Source: Halarcobacter sp. (lineage in GTDB: Bacteria; Campylobacterota; Campylobacteria; Campylobacterales; Arcobacteraceae). From it: a DNA stretch of 64,000 nucleotides. This document shows, in pieces, positions 10,512 through 20,317 of this stretch. The stretch spans positions 160,001 through 224,000 of the forward strand of contig CP182352.1 in NCBI GenBank assembly GCA_048571215.1, written 5' to 3'. Each line of letters begins with the position of its first letter. Position 1 is the stretch's first letter. Both the position numbers and the translations under genes were made by a program. The notes beneath the pieces were generated by a model that was not told the origin of the DNA, searched no databases, and saw nothing but the letters and a program-made list of their open reading frames with translations.

Positions 10512-11622
10512 TTCAATTATTTAGATTGTTTTCTTAATACATCAATAAGTTGCTTGCTGTATTTATCTTTAGAAGAGTACTCGTCCCAAAGACCAGCCCC
10601 AGCATCATGCCAAGCTTTTTTATCAGCTTCAGAAGGTTCAGGAGACCATTTTAAACCTTTAGCTTCCATTTGAGCAACAGCTTCTTTTTCCCATTTTCTA
10701 GACATAGTTAATTGATTTTTTGCATGTGCAACAGTTGCATCATATACACCTTTTTTCTGTGCATCAGTTAGTTTATTCCATGCAGCTCTATTAACAACAA
10801 TAGGTAAAACTTGAGCACCAGCTAAAGGAAGTCTATACATATATTTAGCAACTTCAACATGGTTTCCATCTCTGTGGTCAATCATATTAGAACCAATAGA
10901 ACCATCAATAACACCAGTAGCTAAACTAGTATAGATTTCACTCCAAGCTAATGAAACAGGAGAAGCACCTAAGTTTCTTAAGAATTTACCATATGCACCA
11001 GGAGCTCTAATTTTTAAACCTTGGAAATCAGCAATAGATTTGATAGGTTTTTTAGTAATAATATAAACTGGTGGTTGAATATAAGGCTCTAACCATACTA
11101 AACCTTGAGAACCATAAGCTTTTTTAAGGATTTTGTCCCAACCATCTTCGTGGAAAAGTTTGTATAATTTATCAGTATCAGCAGTACCACCTGGTAAACC
11201 AATTTCAACTACACCAGCAGGTAATTCACCAGCATGCATAGATTGAAAAGGAGCAGCCATAGTAATAAGCCCAGATTTAGTAGCACCTAATAAACCAGAA
11301 GTTCCAACACCTTCACCTGAAAATAATACTTGAACTTTAATTTCACCATTTGTATTTTTTTCAATATCTTTTGCTAATTGTTGATATAAATCACCAAATG
11401 CAGTTCCTCTTCCGTATAGGTTTGCGAACCTCCAATTTTGAGCAGCTGAAGCTGTCTCTACAATTGACATTACCCCTAATAGTACAACTAATACAGTCAT
11501 TACTATATTTCTTTTCATGTTAGTAAACATATATATTCTCCCTTATTTTATTTTTCTTTGACCATTTGTAAATAGCTTTATCAAAATATCTCATTTGATT
11601 TTTCTCTTTATGGATATTTTAG
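10512..11622. repeat. Direct repeat B, copy 1 (partner 12944-14055)
   Basis: About 1.11 kb covering the whole dctP plus about 92 nt of leader. The only difference seen is one T in a run (GCTTTATC vs GCTTTTATC). Confidence 0.97.
10517..11530 (-). CDS. dctP: TRAP substrate-binding protein, downstream copy
   Basis: Signal peptide; 'KKPIKSIADFQGLKIRAPG', 'EIYTSLATGVIDG'. Confidence 0.93.
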   Translation of the reverse strand: MFTNMKRNIVMTVLVVLLGVMSIVETASAAQNWRFANLYGRGTAFGDLYQQLAKDIEKNTNGEIKVQVLFSGEGVGTSGLLGATKSGLITMAAPFQSMHAGELPAGVVEIGLPGGTADTDKLYKLFHEDGWDKILKKAYGSQGLVWLEPYIQPPVYIITKKPIKSIADFQGLKIRAPGAYGKFLRNLGASPVSLAWSEIYTSLATGVIDGSIGSNMIDHRDGNHVEVAKYMYRLPLAGAQVLPIVVNRAAWNKLTDAQKKGVYDATVAHAKNQLTMSRKWEKEAVAQMEAKGLKWSPEPSEADKKAWHDAGAGLWDEYSSKDKYSKQLIDVLRKQSK

Positions 11623-12923
11623 TTTTTTACTAGATCGACAAATAATTCTTGGAATTTATCTAGACCTTCATTAGCTATTTCATCACTAATAGTTAATGCT
11701 GGTAAAAATCTAATTACATTGCTATTAAAACCACAAGATAATAAGATTAATCCATATTCAGAAGCTTTACCAACAATTGCTTTTGTTAGTTCAGCATTTG
11801 GTTTTTCAATATCCCCATCTTTCATTAGTTCTAAAGCAATCATTGCACCCTTATTTCTAACATCCAAAATCAATTCTGGAAATTGTGATTTAAGTTCGTT
11901 TAATCTTTTATTAAAAATATCACCAATTTGATTTGATCTATTGATTAAATCCTCTTCTTCAATAATATCAAGTACTTTTAATGCCGCAGCACAAGCAACT
12001 GGTGAACCACCATAAGTTCCACCAAGTCCACCTGGAACTGGAGAATCCATTATTTCAGCTTTTCCAACTACTGCAGATAGAGGATAACCTCCTGCAATAC
12101 CTTTTGCCATTGTCATTAAATCAGGTTCGATTCCAGAATATTCAATATTAAACATTTTCCCAGTTCTTCCAAATCCTGTTTGAATCTCGTCAATAATTAA
12201 TACAATTCCATTTTCATCACATATTCTTCTAAGTTCTTGTAACAGTTCTACTGGAGTTTGGTAAAATCCACCTTCCCCTTGAATAGGTTCAACAATAATT
12301 GCAGCAACATCACTTGGTAAAATATCAACTTTAAATAGGTTTTTTAAGGCAGTTAAAGTATCTTTTACAGAAGTTCCATTAAATTCAGTTGGATAAGGTA
12401 GATGATAAATTTCACCTGGGAATGGTCCAAATCCAATTTTATATGGAGCAATTTTCCCTGTTAATCCCATAGTTAAATTAGTTCTTCCATGAAATGCACC
12501 ATTAAATGCAATTACACCTCTTCTTCCCGTATGAGCTCTAGCAATCTTTACACAGTTCTCAACAGCTTCTGCACCAGTTGTTACAAAAATAGCTTTTTTT
12601 TCAGTTTCACCTGGAGCAATCTTAGTTAGTTTTTCAGCCAACTCAACTGCAACTTCATATGGATTAACCATAACACAAGTATGACTAAAGTTTTCTATTT
12701 GTGTTTTTACAGCTTCAACAATTTTAGGATGACTATGTCCTGTATTACATACAGCAATACCTGTACCAAAATCAATAAATCTATTACCTTCTACATCCCA
12801 AATTTCAGAATTTTTTGCTTTTTCAACAAAAGATTGATACGCATTTCCTTGACCTCTTGCAAAAACTTTATTTTTTCTGTTTTGAAGGTTTTGATTATTT
12901 TTTACTTGAATTTTTTTGTTCAT
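11619..12923 (-). CDS. gabT: 4-aminobutyrate--2-oxoglutarate aminotransferase (class III PLP)
   Basis: 'DFGTGIAVCNTGHSHP', 'TGAEAVEN', 'EPIQGEGGF', 'DEIQTGFGRTG', PLP-Lys in 'MAKGIAGG', 'GGLGGTYGGSP'. Confidence 0.9.
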   Translation of the reverse strand: MNKKIQVKNNQNLQNRKNKVFARGQGNAYQSFVEKAKNSEIWDVEGNRFIDFGTGIAVCNTGHSHPKIVEAVKTQIENFSHTCVMVNPYEVAVELAEKLTKIAPGETEKKAIFVTTGAEAVENCVKIARAHTGRRGVIAFNGAFHGRTNLTMGLTGKIAPYKIGFGPFPGEIYHLPYPTEFNGTSVKDTLTALKNLFKVDILPSDVAAIIVEPIQGEGGFYQTPVELLQELRRICDENGIVLIIDEIQTGFGRTGKMFNIEYSGIEPDLMTMAKGIAGGYPLSAVVGKAEIMDSPVPGGLGGTYGGSPVACAAALKVLDIIEEEDLINRSNQIGDIFNKRLNELKSQFPELILDVRNKGAMIALELMKDGDIEKPNAELTKAIVGKASEYGLILLSCGFNSNVIRFLPALTISDEIANEGLDKFQELFVDLVKN

Positions 12924-12943
12924 TGATTAAATCCTTATATAAT

Positions 12944-14055
12944 TTCAATTATTTAGATTGTTTTCTTAATACATCAATAAGTTGCTTGCTGTATTTATCT
13001 TTAGAAGAGTACTCGTCCCAAAGACCAGCCCCAGCATCATGCCAAGCTTTTTTATCAGCTTCAGAAGGTTCAGGAGACCATTTTAAACCTTTAGCTTCCA
13101 TTTGAGCAACAGCTTCTTTTTCCCATTTTCTAGACATAGTTAATTGATTTTTTGCATGTGCAACAGTTGCATCATATACACCTTTTTTCTGTGCATCAGT
13201 TAGTTTATTCCATGCAGCTCTATTAACAACAATAGGTAAAACTTGAGCACCAGCTAAAGGAAGTCTATACATATATTTAGCAACTTCAACATGGTTTCCA
13301 TCTCTGTGGTCAATCATATTAGAACCAATAGAACCATCAATAACACCAGTAGCTAAACTAGTATAGATTTCACTCCAAGCTAATGAAACAGGAGAAGCAC
13401 CTAAGTTTCTTAAGAATTTACCATATGCACCAGGAGCTCTAATTTTTAAACCTTGGAAATCAGCAATAGATTTGATAGGTTTTTTAGTAATAATATAAAC
13501 TGGTGGTTGAATATAAGGCTCTAACCATACTAAACCTTGAGAACCATAAGCTTTTTTAAGGATTTTGTCCCAACCATCTTCGTGGAAAAGTTTGTATAAT
13601 TTATCAGTATCAGCAGTACCACCTGGTAAACCAATTTCAACTACACCAGCAGGTAATTCACCAGCATGCATAGATTGAAAAGGAGCAGCCATAGTAATAA
13701 GCCCAGATTTAGTAGCACCTAATAAACCAGAAGTTCCAACACCTTCACCTGAAAATAATACTTGAACTTTAATTTCACCATTTGTATTTTTTTCAATATC
13801 TTTTGCTAATTGTTGATATAAATCACCAAATGCAGTTCCTCTTCCGTATAGGTTTGCGAACCTCCAATTTTGAGCAGCTGAAGCTGTCTCTACAATTGAC
13901 ATTACCCCTAATAGTACAACTAATACAGTCATTACTATATTTCTTTTCATGTTAGTAAACATATATATTCTCCCTTATTTTATTTTTCTTTGACCATTTG
14001 TAAATAGCTTTTATCAAAATATCTCATTTGATTTTTCTCTTTATGGATATTTTAG
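12944..14055. repeat. Direct repeat B, copy 2
   Basis: Matches 10512-11622, from TTCAATTATTTAG to GGATATTTTAG. Confidence 0.97.
12949..13962 (-). CDS. dctP: TRAP substrate-binding protein, upstream copy (identical protein)
   Basis: Translation identical to 10517-11530. Confidence 0.93.
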   Translation of the reverse strand: MFTNMKRNIVMTVLVVLLGVMSIVETASAAQNWRFANLYGRGTAFGDLYQQLAKDIEKNTNGEIKVQVLFSGEGVGTSGLLGATKSGLITMAAPFQSMHAGELPAGVVEIGLPGGTADTDKLYKLFHEDGWDKILKKAYGSQGLVWLEPYIQPPVYIITKKPIKSIADFQGLKIRAPGAYGKFLRNLGASPVSLAWSEIYTSLATGVIDGSIGSNMIDHRDGNHVEVAKYMYRLPLAGAQVLPIVVNRAAWNKLTDAQKKGVYDATVAHAKNQLTMSRKWEKEAVAQMEAKGLKWSPEPSEADKKAWHDAGAGLWDEYSSKDKYSKQLIDVLRKQSK

Positions 14056-14201
14056 ATAATTAATTATTACGGAAAAGAGTAGTGAAAAAGTAACCATAAT
14101 TAGATTTTTTAAGATATTTATATATATAAAAATATCTCTATTTATTGATATTAAAATATAGTATTTTGTAGTTATATATCGATTATTGAAGAGTTTTTAT
14201 T

Positions 14202-16688
14202 TTAATTTATAATGGGGATATATATGGAGAATCTTACTCCCTGCTCGATATTTTTTACACTTAATTGTCCATTCATATTTTGTTCTATAATAATTTTACT
14301 CATATATAAACCAAGTCCAGTACCATTATAACTATCTTTAGTTGTAAAATAAGGTTCAAACACTTTATTAATGATTGATTCATTTATTCCACCTGCATTA
14401 TCTGAAATCATTATCTTTATATGTGTATCGATTAGTTTAGTTTTTATTATAATATGAGGATTTTCAATATTTTTTTCTAGAAAGGAATCTTTTGAGTTTG
14501 TGATTATATTTAATAAAACCTGTGAAAGTTCACTTTCAAATCCATGGATTGATACATCATCCAAGATTTGGGTTTCAATTTTAATACTATTACTTTTAAA
14601 ACTATCATCTATTAGGAATATGGTTTGATTTATGGCATCTTTTATAGAAAAAGATCTTTTCTCTTTATTAGGTTTAAAAAAGTTTCTAAAATCATCAATA
14701 GTTTTTGACATTTTTTCTGTTAGGGCATTACTTAGAAGCATTTGTTTATCTAAATACTCTTTATCAAGTTTATTAAGTGAATAGCGTAGATGAATATTTT
14801 GTATAATTGTACTAAGAGCACTTAAAGGTTGTCTCCATTGATGGGCAATCATACTTATCATCTCACCCATTTCTGCTAGTTTTGATTGTTGGATTAATAG
14901 TTGTTCTTGTTTCTTTCTGTTATTAATCTCCTCTTTTATTCTAACATCAAGGGTATTATTTAAATGTTCAAGTTCATGAGTTTTATGTTGTAGTTTTTCA
15001 TTTGATAATTGAAGTTCATGGGTTCTCATTTGCACTTTTTTTTCTAAAGTGCTATTTAGCATCTCAATCTCCTCTTTTACTTTTGTTAATTTTCTTATAT
15101 ATCTTCGTTGAAGAATATATGTATATAAAATTAGTAATAAAATAAAAAATAGAAAACTTATAATACTCCAAAACAGTTTATAATCGATACTTTTTTCATA
15201 TTTTATTGTAACCCATTTATTAATGATTTTTTGTTTTGTTTCATCACTTATTGAGTCTATTACTTTTTCAAAGATATCTAGAAGTATTGGATCATCATTT
15301 CTTACCCCTATAGATAACTTCCATTGTTCATCAAACTTTCCTGAAATTTGTAAACTTCCATAAAACTCTTCTTGAAATGCATAAGCAACATTTAGGTGAG
15401 TTGTTACTTGACCAAATATCTCTCCCCTTTCAACTCTTTTTAAGCCATCCCTTAAATGATTTACATCTACTACTTGTAAATCGGGATATTTCCGTCTTAT
15501 TATTTCATTGTATGCGAAGTTTTTTTGAATACCAATTTTTTTATTTTTTAAAGCACTTAAATCACTAATAAAACTTACATTTCTTTTTGTAACTAAAACA
15601 AGAGGTGCTGTCACATATGGTTTAGTAAAATTCATATAACCTTGTCGTGATTTTATATCCATAACAAAAGATAAAACATCACATTTTCTATTTTTCATAT
15701 ATTCTAAGGATTGTGTCCAATCTTTTGTTTCTATGAGTTTTAAAGGGATGCCAATTTTCTTTTCAAAATCCTTCATATAGTCTGCTACAATACCAATATG
15801 TTTATGGTTTTCTATTTTTTCATAGGGCATCCAATCTGGATCTACACATAGGTTTATATGTGATTTTTTATCTAAATAATCTATCTCTTCTTTTGTAAAA
15901 ATTATGGGTAGATTTGCCAAATCTTTTAAAAACCATTTATCAAAAAGTTCTTTTTCCTCTTTTATTGAAATTGAGTTTAAACCTTTTTCTAAAATAGATT
16001 GAAGTAGTACTTTCTTTTTACTAGTAAAAATAAATAGTTTTGAATATTCAAAGCTTATTGAAGGTATTGCTTTTAGGTCAACAATTAGATTATCTTCTAA
16101 ATATTCTTGAATAATAATTGGTGAAGCTATTAAAGCATCAACCTCTCCTGCTAGTAGTTTTTGAACTGATTCTTTCATATTATTAGTTCTTTCCAATTTT
16201 ATATTGGCAAACCTTTTTTTTATATTAGGGATAGTTCCTAATTGGTCAACTATAGCAACTTTTTTATTTCTTAGATCATTAATTGAATTTATATTATTTT
16301 CTTCTTTTTTTACAAATAAAACTTTTTTTATTTGTAAAATTTCTGAAGAGTAAACTCCTAAATCATTTTCAACTTTTTTATTATTTATTATTGGGGCTAG
16401 ATCTATTCTACCTTCTTTGATTGCAAGAGGTATAGTAGCTTGTTTAAGTTTGATTGGTTTAATTCTTATATGATATTTTTTGGTGATAAGTTTTAATATA
16501 TCACTTACAAATCCATCTATTTTGTTATCTTTATTTATATATGTTAAAGGATAAAGTTCAGATACTCCAATTCTTACTTCATTGTTTTTTATCCAGTCCT
16601 CTTCTTCTTGAGTTAGAACTGTGGAGTCAGCATATAAGAGATTTAAAAATAAAAAAATAAAAAAAACAAACTTCAAAAATGACTCCAA
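14202..16688 (-). CDS. Sensor histidine kinase with two periplasmic solute-binding (family 3) domains
   Basis: Signal/TM, two PBP repeats ('CVDPDWMPYE'), TM, coiled coil, H-box 'IAHQWRQPL', 'SDNAGGI', 'FEPYFTTK', 'GTGLGL'. Confidence 0.9.
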   Translation of the reverse strand: MESFLKFVFFIFLFLNLLYADSTVLTQEEEDWIKNNEVRIGVSELYPLTYINKDNKIDGFVSDILKLITKKYHIRIKPIKLKQATIPLAIKEGRIDLAPIINNKKVENDLGVYSSEILQIKKVLFVKKEENNINSINDLRNKKVAIVDQLGTIPNIKKRFANIKLERTNNMKESVQKLLAGEVDALIASPIIIQEYLEDNLIVDLKAIPSISFEYSKLFIFTSKKKVLLQSILEKGLNSISIKEEKELFDKWFLKDLANLPIIFTKEEIDYLDKKSHINLCVDPDWMPYEKIENHKHIGIVADYMKDFEKKIGIPLKLIETKDWTQSLEYMKNRKCDVLSFVMDIKSRQGYMNFTKPYVTAPLVLVTKRNVSFISDLSALKNKKIGIQKNFAYNEIIRRKYPDLQVVDVNHLRDGLKRVERGEIFGQVTTHLNVAYAFQEEFYGSLQISGKFDEQWKLSIGVRNDDPILLDIFEKVIDSISDETKQKIINKWVTIKYEKSIDYKLFWSIISFLFFILLLILYTYILQRRYIRKLTKVKEEIEMLNSTLEKKVQMRTHELQLSNEKLQHKTHELEHLNNTLDVRIKEEINNRKKQEQLLIQQSKLAEMGEMISMIAHQWRQPLSALSTIIQNIHLRYSLNKLDKEYLDKQMLLSNALTEKMSKTIDDFRNFFKPNKEKRSFSIKDAINQTIFLIDDSFKSNSIKIETQILDDVSIHGFESELSQVLLNIITNSKDSFLEKNIENPHIIIKTKLIDTHIKIMISDNAGGINESIINKVFEPYFTTKDSYNGTGLGLYMSKIIIEQNMNGQLSVKNIEQGVRFSIYIPIIN

Positions 16689-16706
16689 AAATTTTTTATA
16701 AGTATA

Positions 16707-17897
16707 TCACACACAATCCAAGATTATAGAAAAACAAACACCTTCATTGATATTTTTTACATCTAGTTTCCCGTGATGATTGTTTTCTATAATAATTTTT
16801 GACATATAAAGACCAATTCCTGTACCATTTTTTTCTTTTTTTGTTGAAAAGTATGGTTCAAAAATGAAATTTAAATTATCTTTTTCAATTCCACCACCAT
16901 TATCATAAATTTCAATTTTTATACTATTTTCTAAATCTTGAGTTCTAATCTCGATTTTGGCATTTTCTATTTCTTTTTCTAAAAACTTATCTTGTGCATT
17001 TTTTAATATATTTATAAAAACATGAATAATTTCATTCTCATAAATATTAACTTTGTTTTCACTTTTTAAGTCTAATTCAATACTTATATCATTTGTTTGT
17101 AAATCTTTTTCTATAATTTTTAAACTATTTTTAATAGATTTTTCAATACTTGTATTTGTTATTATTTTATCTGTTTTATAAAAATTTCTAAAGTCATCTA
17201 TTGTTGTAGTTAGATTTTGTACATAAAACTCTATCTCATCAAGCTTATTAGTGAAAAACTCTGATTGTTCTATCCTACCTTCTTGAGTATTTAAGTCAAA
17301 TTTTCCCGATAGCAATTTATTTTTTAGATTAAATGAAGCAGTCCCAATAGAAGATAAAGGTTGTCTCCATTGGTGAGCAATCATACTTATCATCTCACCC
17401 ATTGCAGCAAATCTTGATTGAGCTTCCATAACTTTTTGTTTCTCTTCATTTTTTTGTATCTCTATTTCAAGTTTTTTATTTTTTTCTATTAACTCTTCTT
17501 TTAGCACTTTTGGTTCAATTGCTTTTATTAAACACTCTTCTAATTTATAGATATCAATAGGTTTTAATACATATGCACTTATATTTAATTCAATAGATTG
17601 CATAAGAAAGGTTGTTTCTTGATGAGCAGTTGTGATAATTATCGGGATATCTTTATCTATTTCTCTAATCTTTTTAATCATATCAAGACCATTTAATTTA
17701 GGCATTTTAATATCTGTTAAAATTAAATCAATTTTTTTATCACCAGCTTTAAAAATTGACAAACCCTCTTGTCCATCTTTAGCACATATTACATCTATTT
17801 CAAAAAGATTTAGGGTTTCTGTTATCCCTTTTTGAATTATTAATTCATCTTCTGCATAAAGTACAGTTATATTCTTTAATATTTGGCTATTTATCAT
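16707..17897 (-). CDS. Cytoplasmic hybrid receiver-histidine kinase
   Basis: N-terminal receiver ('YAEDE', 'LTDIKMP', 'KP') then 'IAHQWRQPL' and HATPase motifs; no TM segment. Confidence 0.9.
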   Translation of the reverse strand: MINSQILKNITVLYAEDELIIQKGITETLNLFEIDVICAKDGQEGLSIFKAGDKKIDLILTDIKMPKLNGLDMIKKIREIDKDIPIIITTAHQETTFLMQSIELNISAYVLKPIDIYKLEECLIKAIEPKVLKEELIEKNKKLEIEIQKNEEKQKVMEAQSRFAAMGEMISMIAHQWRQPLSSIGTASFNLKNKLLSGKFDLNTQEGRIEQSEFFTNKLDEIEFYVQNLTTTIDDFRNFYKTDKIITNTSIEKSIKNSLKIIEKDLQTNDISIELDLKSENKVNIYENEIIHVFINILKNAQDKFLEKEIENAKIEIRTQDLENSIKIEIYDNGGGIEKDNLNFIFEPYFSTKKEKNGTGIGLYMSKIIIENNHHGKLDVKNINEGVCFSIILDCV

Positions 17898-18081
17898 AAG
17901 AACTCTTTTTGTTTTTTTGAGTAGTATATCACTAAATAGTAGTCAAATAATCTCATAGTTATAGTATATAATAGAATATTTGATTATAAGGTTAATATTT
18001 TTGAACTATTATTTTATACATTTTAAAAGAAATAAAATGCTAATATAATGCCCAAGAACATCCTAATTTAGAAGGTTTTTA

Positions 18082-18816
18082 ATGGATTATGGCTTATTAA
18101 AAAAATATACTCGAAATTTAAATATTCTTTTTGTTGAAGATGATACAGATTTTAGAAAAGAGTTTTCAGAATTACTTCAAGATATTTTTCCAAAAGTCTC
18201 TACAGCTGTTGATGGGTTAGATGCACTTAATAAATACAAAGAGTTTTATGAGCAAACAAATACCTATTATGATTTAATTATTTCAGATATAAAAATGCCA
18301 AATTGTGATGGAGTTGAACTAATTGATTCCATATATAAAATCAAAGATGACCAATTAGTTATAATTTTATCTGCTAGAAATGAGTTTGATTATTTGTTGC
18401 CTTTAGTTAATCTAGGAATACATCAATTTTTCACAAAACCTATTGATTATTCAACTTTTTTAGATGATATGTTTAAGCTATGTAATCAGATTTATCATAA
18501 TAAATTAAATAATGATAATGATATTGTAAGAGTTAATGAGTCTTTAATTTGGGATAAAAAGAAAAGAAAACTAATACGAGATGATAAAATAATAGATTTA
18601 ACTAAAAATGAGATTCGTTTTGTTGAAACAATATTAAATAATAATGGCAAAATATGTACTGTTGATAATCTTATAGATATTATTTGGTTTGAAGAGTTTG
18701 ATTTGAATCCAGATATTTCACATCTAAAAAGTCTTATTTATCGTTTGAGAAAAAAAGTACCAGATTTACATATAAAAAATATTTATGGTATGGGATATAC
18801 TCACGATTCTAAGTAA
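18082..18816 (+). CDS. OmpR-family response regulator
   Basis: 'FVEDD', 'ISDIKMP', 'TKP'; winged helix 'IDLTKNE...LIYRLRKK...IYGMGY'. Confidence 0.9.
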   Translation: MDYGLLKKYTRNLNILFVEDDTDFRKEFSELLQDIFPKVSTAVDGLDALNKYKEFYEQTNTYYDLIISDIKMPNCDGVELIDSIYKIKDDQLVIILSARNEFDYLLPLVNLGIHQFFTKPIDYSTFLDDMFKLCNQIYHNKLNNDNDIVRVNESLIWDKKKRKLIRDDKIIDLTKNEIRFVETILNNNGKICTVDNLIDIIWFEEFDLNPDISHLKSLIYRLRKKVPDLHIKNIYGMGYTHDSK

Positions 18817-18895
18817 ACTGTTGTTTATGATTAATTTATAAAAGATATTTTTAATAAGAGATAAGGCGAAGAGAAAAAATCTCAACGCCAAAGAA

Positions 18896-20287
18896 TTATA
18901 AAGATGGAGATTTAATAACCATCATTTTTTGGTTTTGCATTTCTCTCATAGAATCAGCGATACCACCAAGACCAAGACCAGAAGTTTTAGCACCACCAAA
19001 AGGCATCCAGTCAACTCTAAATGCAGTATGGTCATTTACCATAATAGCTGTACCATTTAATCTTTTAACTGCTTTAAGTGCAGTGTCAATATTTTTAGTA
19101 AATACAGCAGCTTGGAATGAAACATCTAATTGATTCGCTCTGTCAATAGCTTCATCTAAAGTTTTATATGAATAAACAACAACAACTGGACCAAAAATCT
19201 CTTTTTGAGAAATGATAGCATCATCAGCTGGGTTTACAATTACAGTTGGTTCATAACAAGAATCAGAGATTCTTTTACCACCAATTAAAATTTTACCACC
19301 CTTAGTAACAGCTTCATTAACCCACTCTTCAACTCTATTTACTTCATTGTGATTAATTAATGGACCAACTTCAGTTTTTGGGTCTAATTGATCACCAACA
19401 ACCAATTTAGAAGCATAGTCAGTTAATTTATTTGCAACTTCATCACAAATAGATTCATGTACAAAAATTCTTTGAACAGATACACAAACTTGACCAGCAT
19501 GATAAAAACCACCTTTTCCTAAATCAGGAATCATAGCATCTATATCTGCATCTGGCTCAACAATAACAGGAGCAACCCCACCATGCTCTAAAGCAGATCT
19601 AGTTCCAGGAGATGCTTTTGAGTTTAAGTACCAACCAACAGGTCCTGAACCAATAAATGTAAAGAATGCAGTTTTAGGAGATGTTACAAGTAGCTCTCCC
19701 CCTTTTCTGTCACAAACAACAGCTTGTGCCCAACCATCAGGAAGTCCAGCTTCTTTTAAAATCTCAACTAATCTAATAGCTGACATAGGAGTTTGAGTAG
19801 CTGGTCTAATGATTACAGGACAACCAACAGCAATAGCAGGTATTACTTGGTGAACTGCAAGGTTAAAAGGATGGTTAAATGCAGAGATTGCTGCAACTAC
19901 ACCAATAGGTTCTTTCATTGTGTAAGCCATTCTGTTTACACTAGTAGGTGTGTGACCCATAGCAATCTCATGACCCTCTTGTACACTTAATTGCTCAATA
20001 GCAATCTTAATACCATTGATAGCTCTTAGAACTTCAACCTTAGAATCCATATATGGTTTACCACCTTCACTAGCACAAAGAATAGTTAACTCTTCTACTT
20101 GTGAAGACATAATTTTCATAACATTTTCTAAAATCTCAACTCTTTTAAATTTTGGAATCCAGTTATCAACATCTAAAAACTTCTCATAAGCTAAATCTAT
20201 TGTAGATTCTACTTCTTCAAAACTACTAAATGGTACTTCTCCTACTACTTTCCCATCATATGGTGATGTTACTTCTATTTTACTCAT
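18896..20287 (-). CDS. Aldehyde dehydrogenase, copy 2 (identical protein)
   Basis: Translation identical to 5001-6392; 30 bp downstream of the ThDP enzyme. Confidence 0.9.
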   Translation of the reverse strand: MSKIEVTSPYDGKVVGEVPFSSFEEVESTIDLAYEKFLDVDNWIPKFKRVEILENVMKIMSSQVEELTILCASEGGKPYMDSKVEVLRAINGIKIAIEQLSVQEGHEIAMGHTPTSVNRMAYTMKEPIGVVAAISAFNHPFNLAVHQVIPAIAVGCPVIIRPATQTPMSAIRLVEILKEAGLPDGWAQAVVCDRKGGELLVTSPKTAFFTFIGSGPVGWYLNSKASPGTRSALEHGGVAPVIVEPDADIDAMIPDLGKGGFYHAGQVCVSVQRIFVHESICDEVANKLTDYASKLVVGDQLDPKTEVGPLINHNEVNRVEEWVNEAVTKGGKILIGGKRISDSCYEPTVIVNPADDAIISQKEIFGPVVVVYSYKTLDEAIDRANQLDVSFQAAVFTKNIDTALKAVKRLNGTAIMVNDHTAFRVDWMPFGGAKTSGLGLGGIADSMREMQNQKMMVIKSPSL

Positions 20288-20294
20288 GTTTTTT
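18896..20294. repeat. Direct repeat A, copy 2
   Basis: Matches 5001-6399 at an offset of 13,895. Confidence 0.97.
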
Positions 20295-20317
20295 ATCTCT
20301 CCTTTTATTTTTTTGTA

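Noticed and set aside
14823..17403. About 48-nt near-identical stretch shared by the two adjacent kinases
   Set aside because: It encodes the conserved MGEMISMIAHQWRQPL H-box, and a related box occurs in the third kinase. Protein constraint explains it.
5001..20294. Composite transposon or prophage interpretation of the repeats
   Set aside because: The repeats are metabolic genes. No transposase, integrase, terminal inverted repeats or phage genes were seen.
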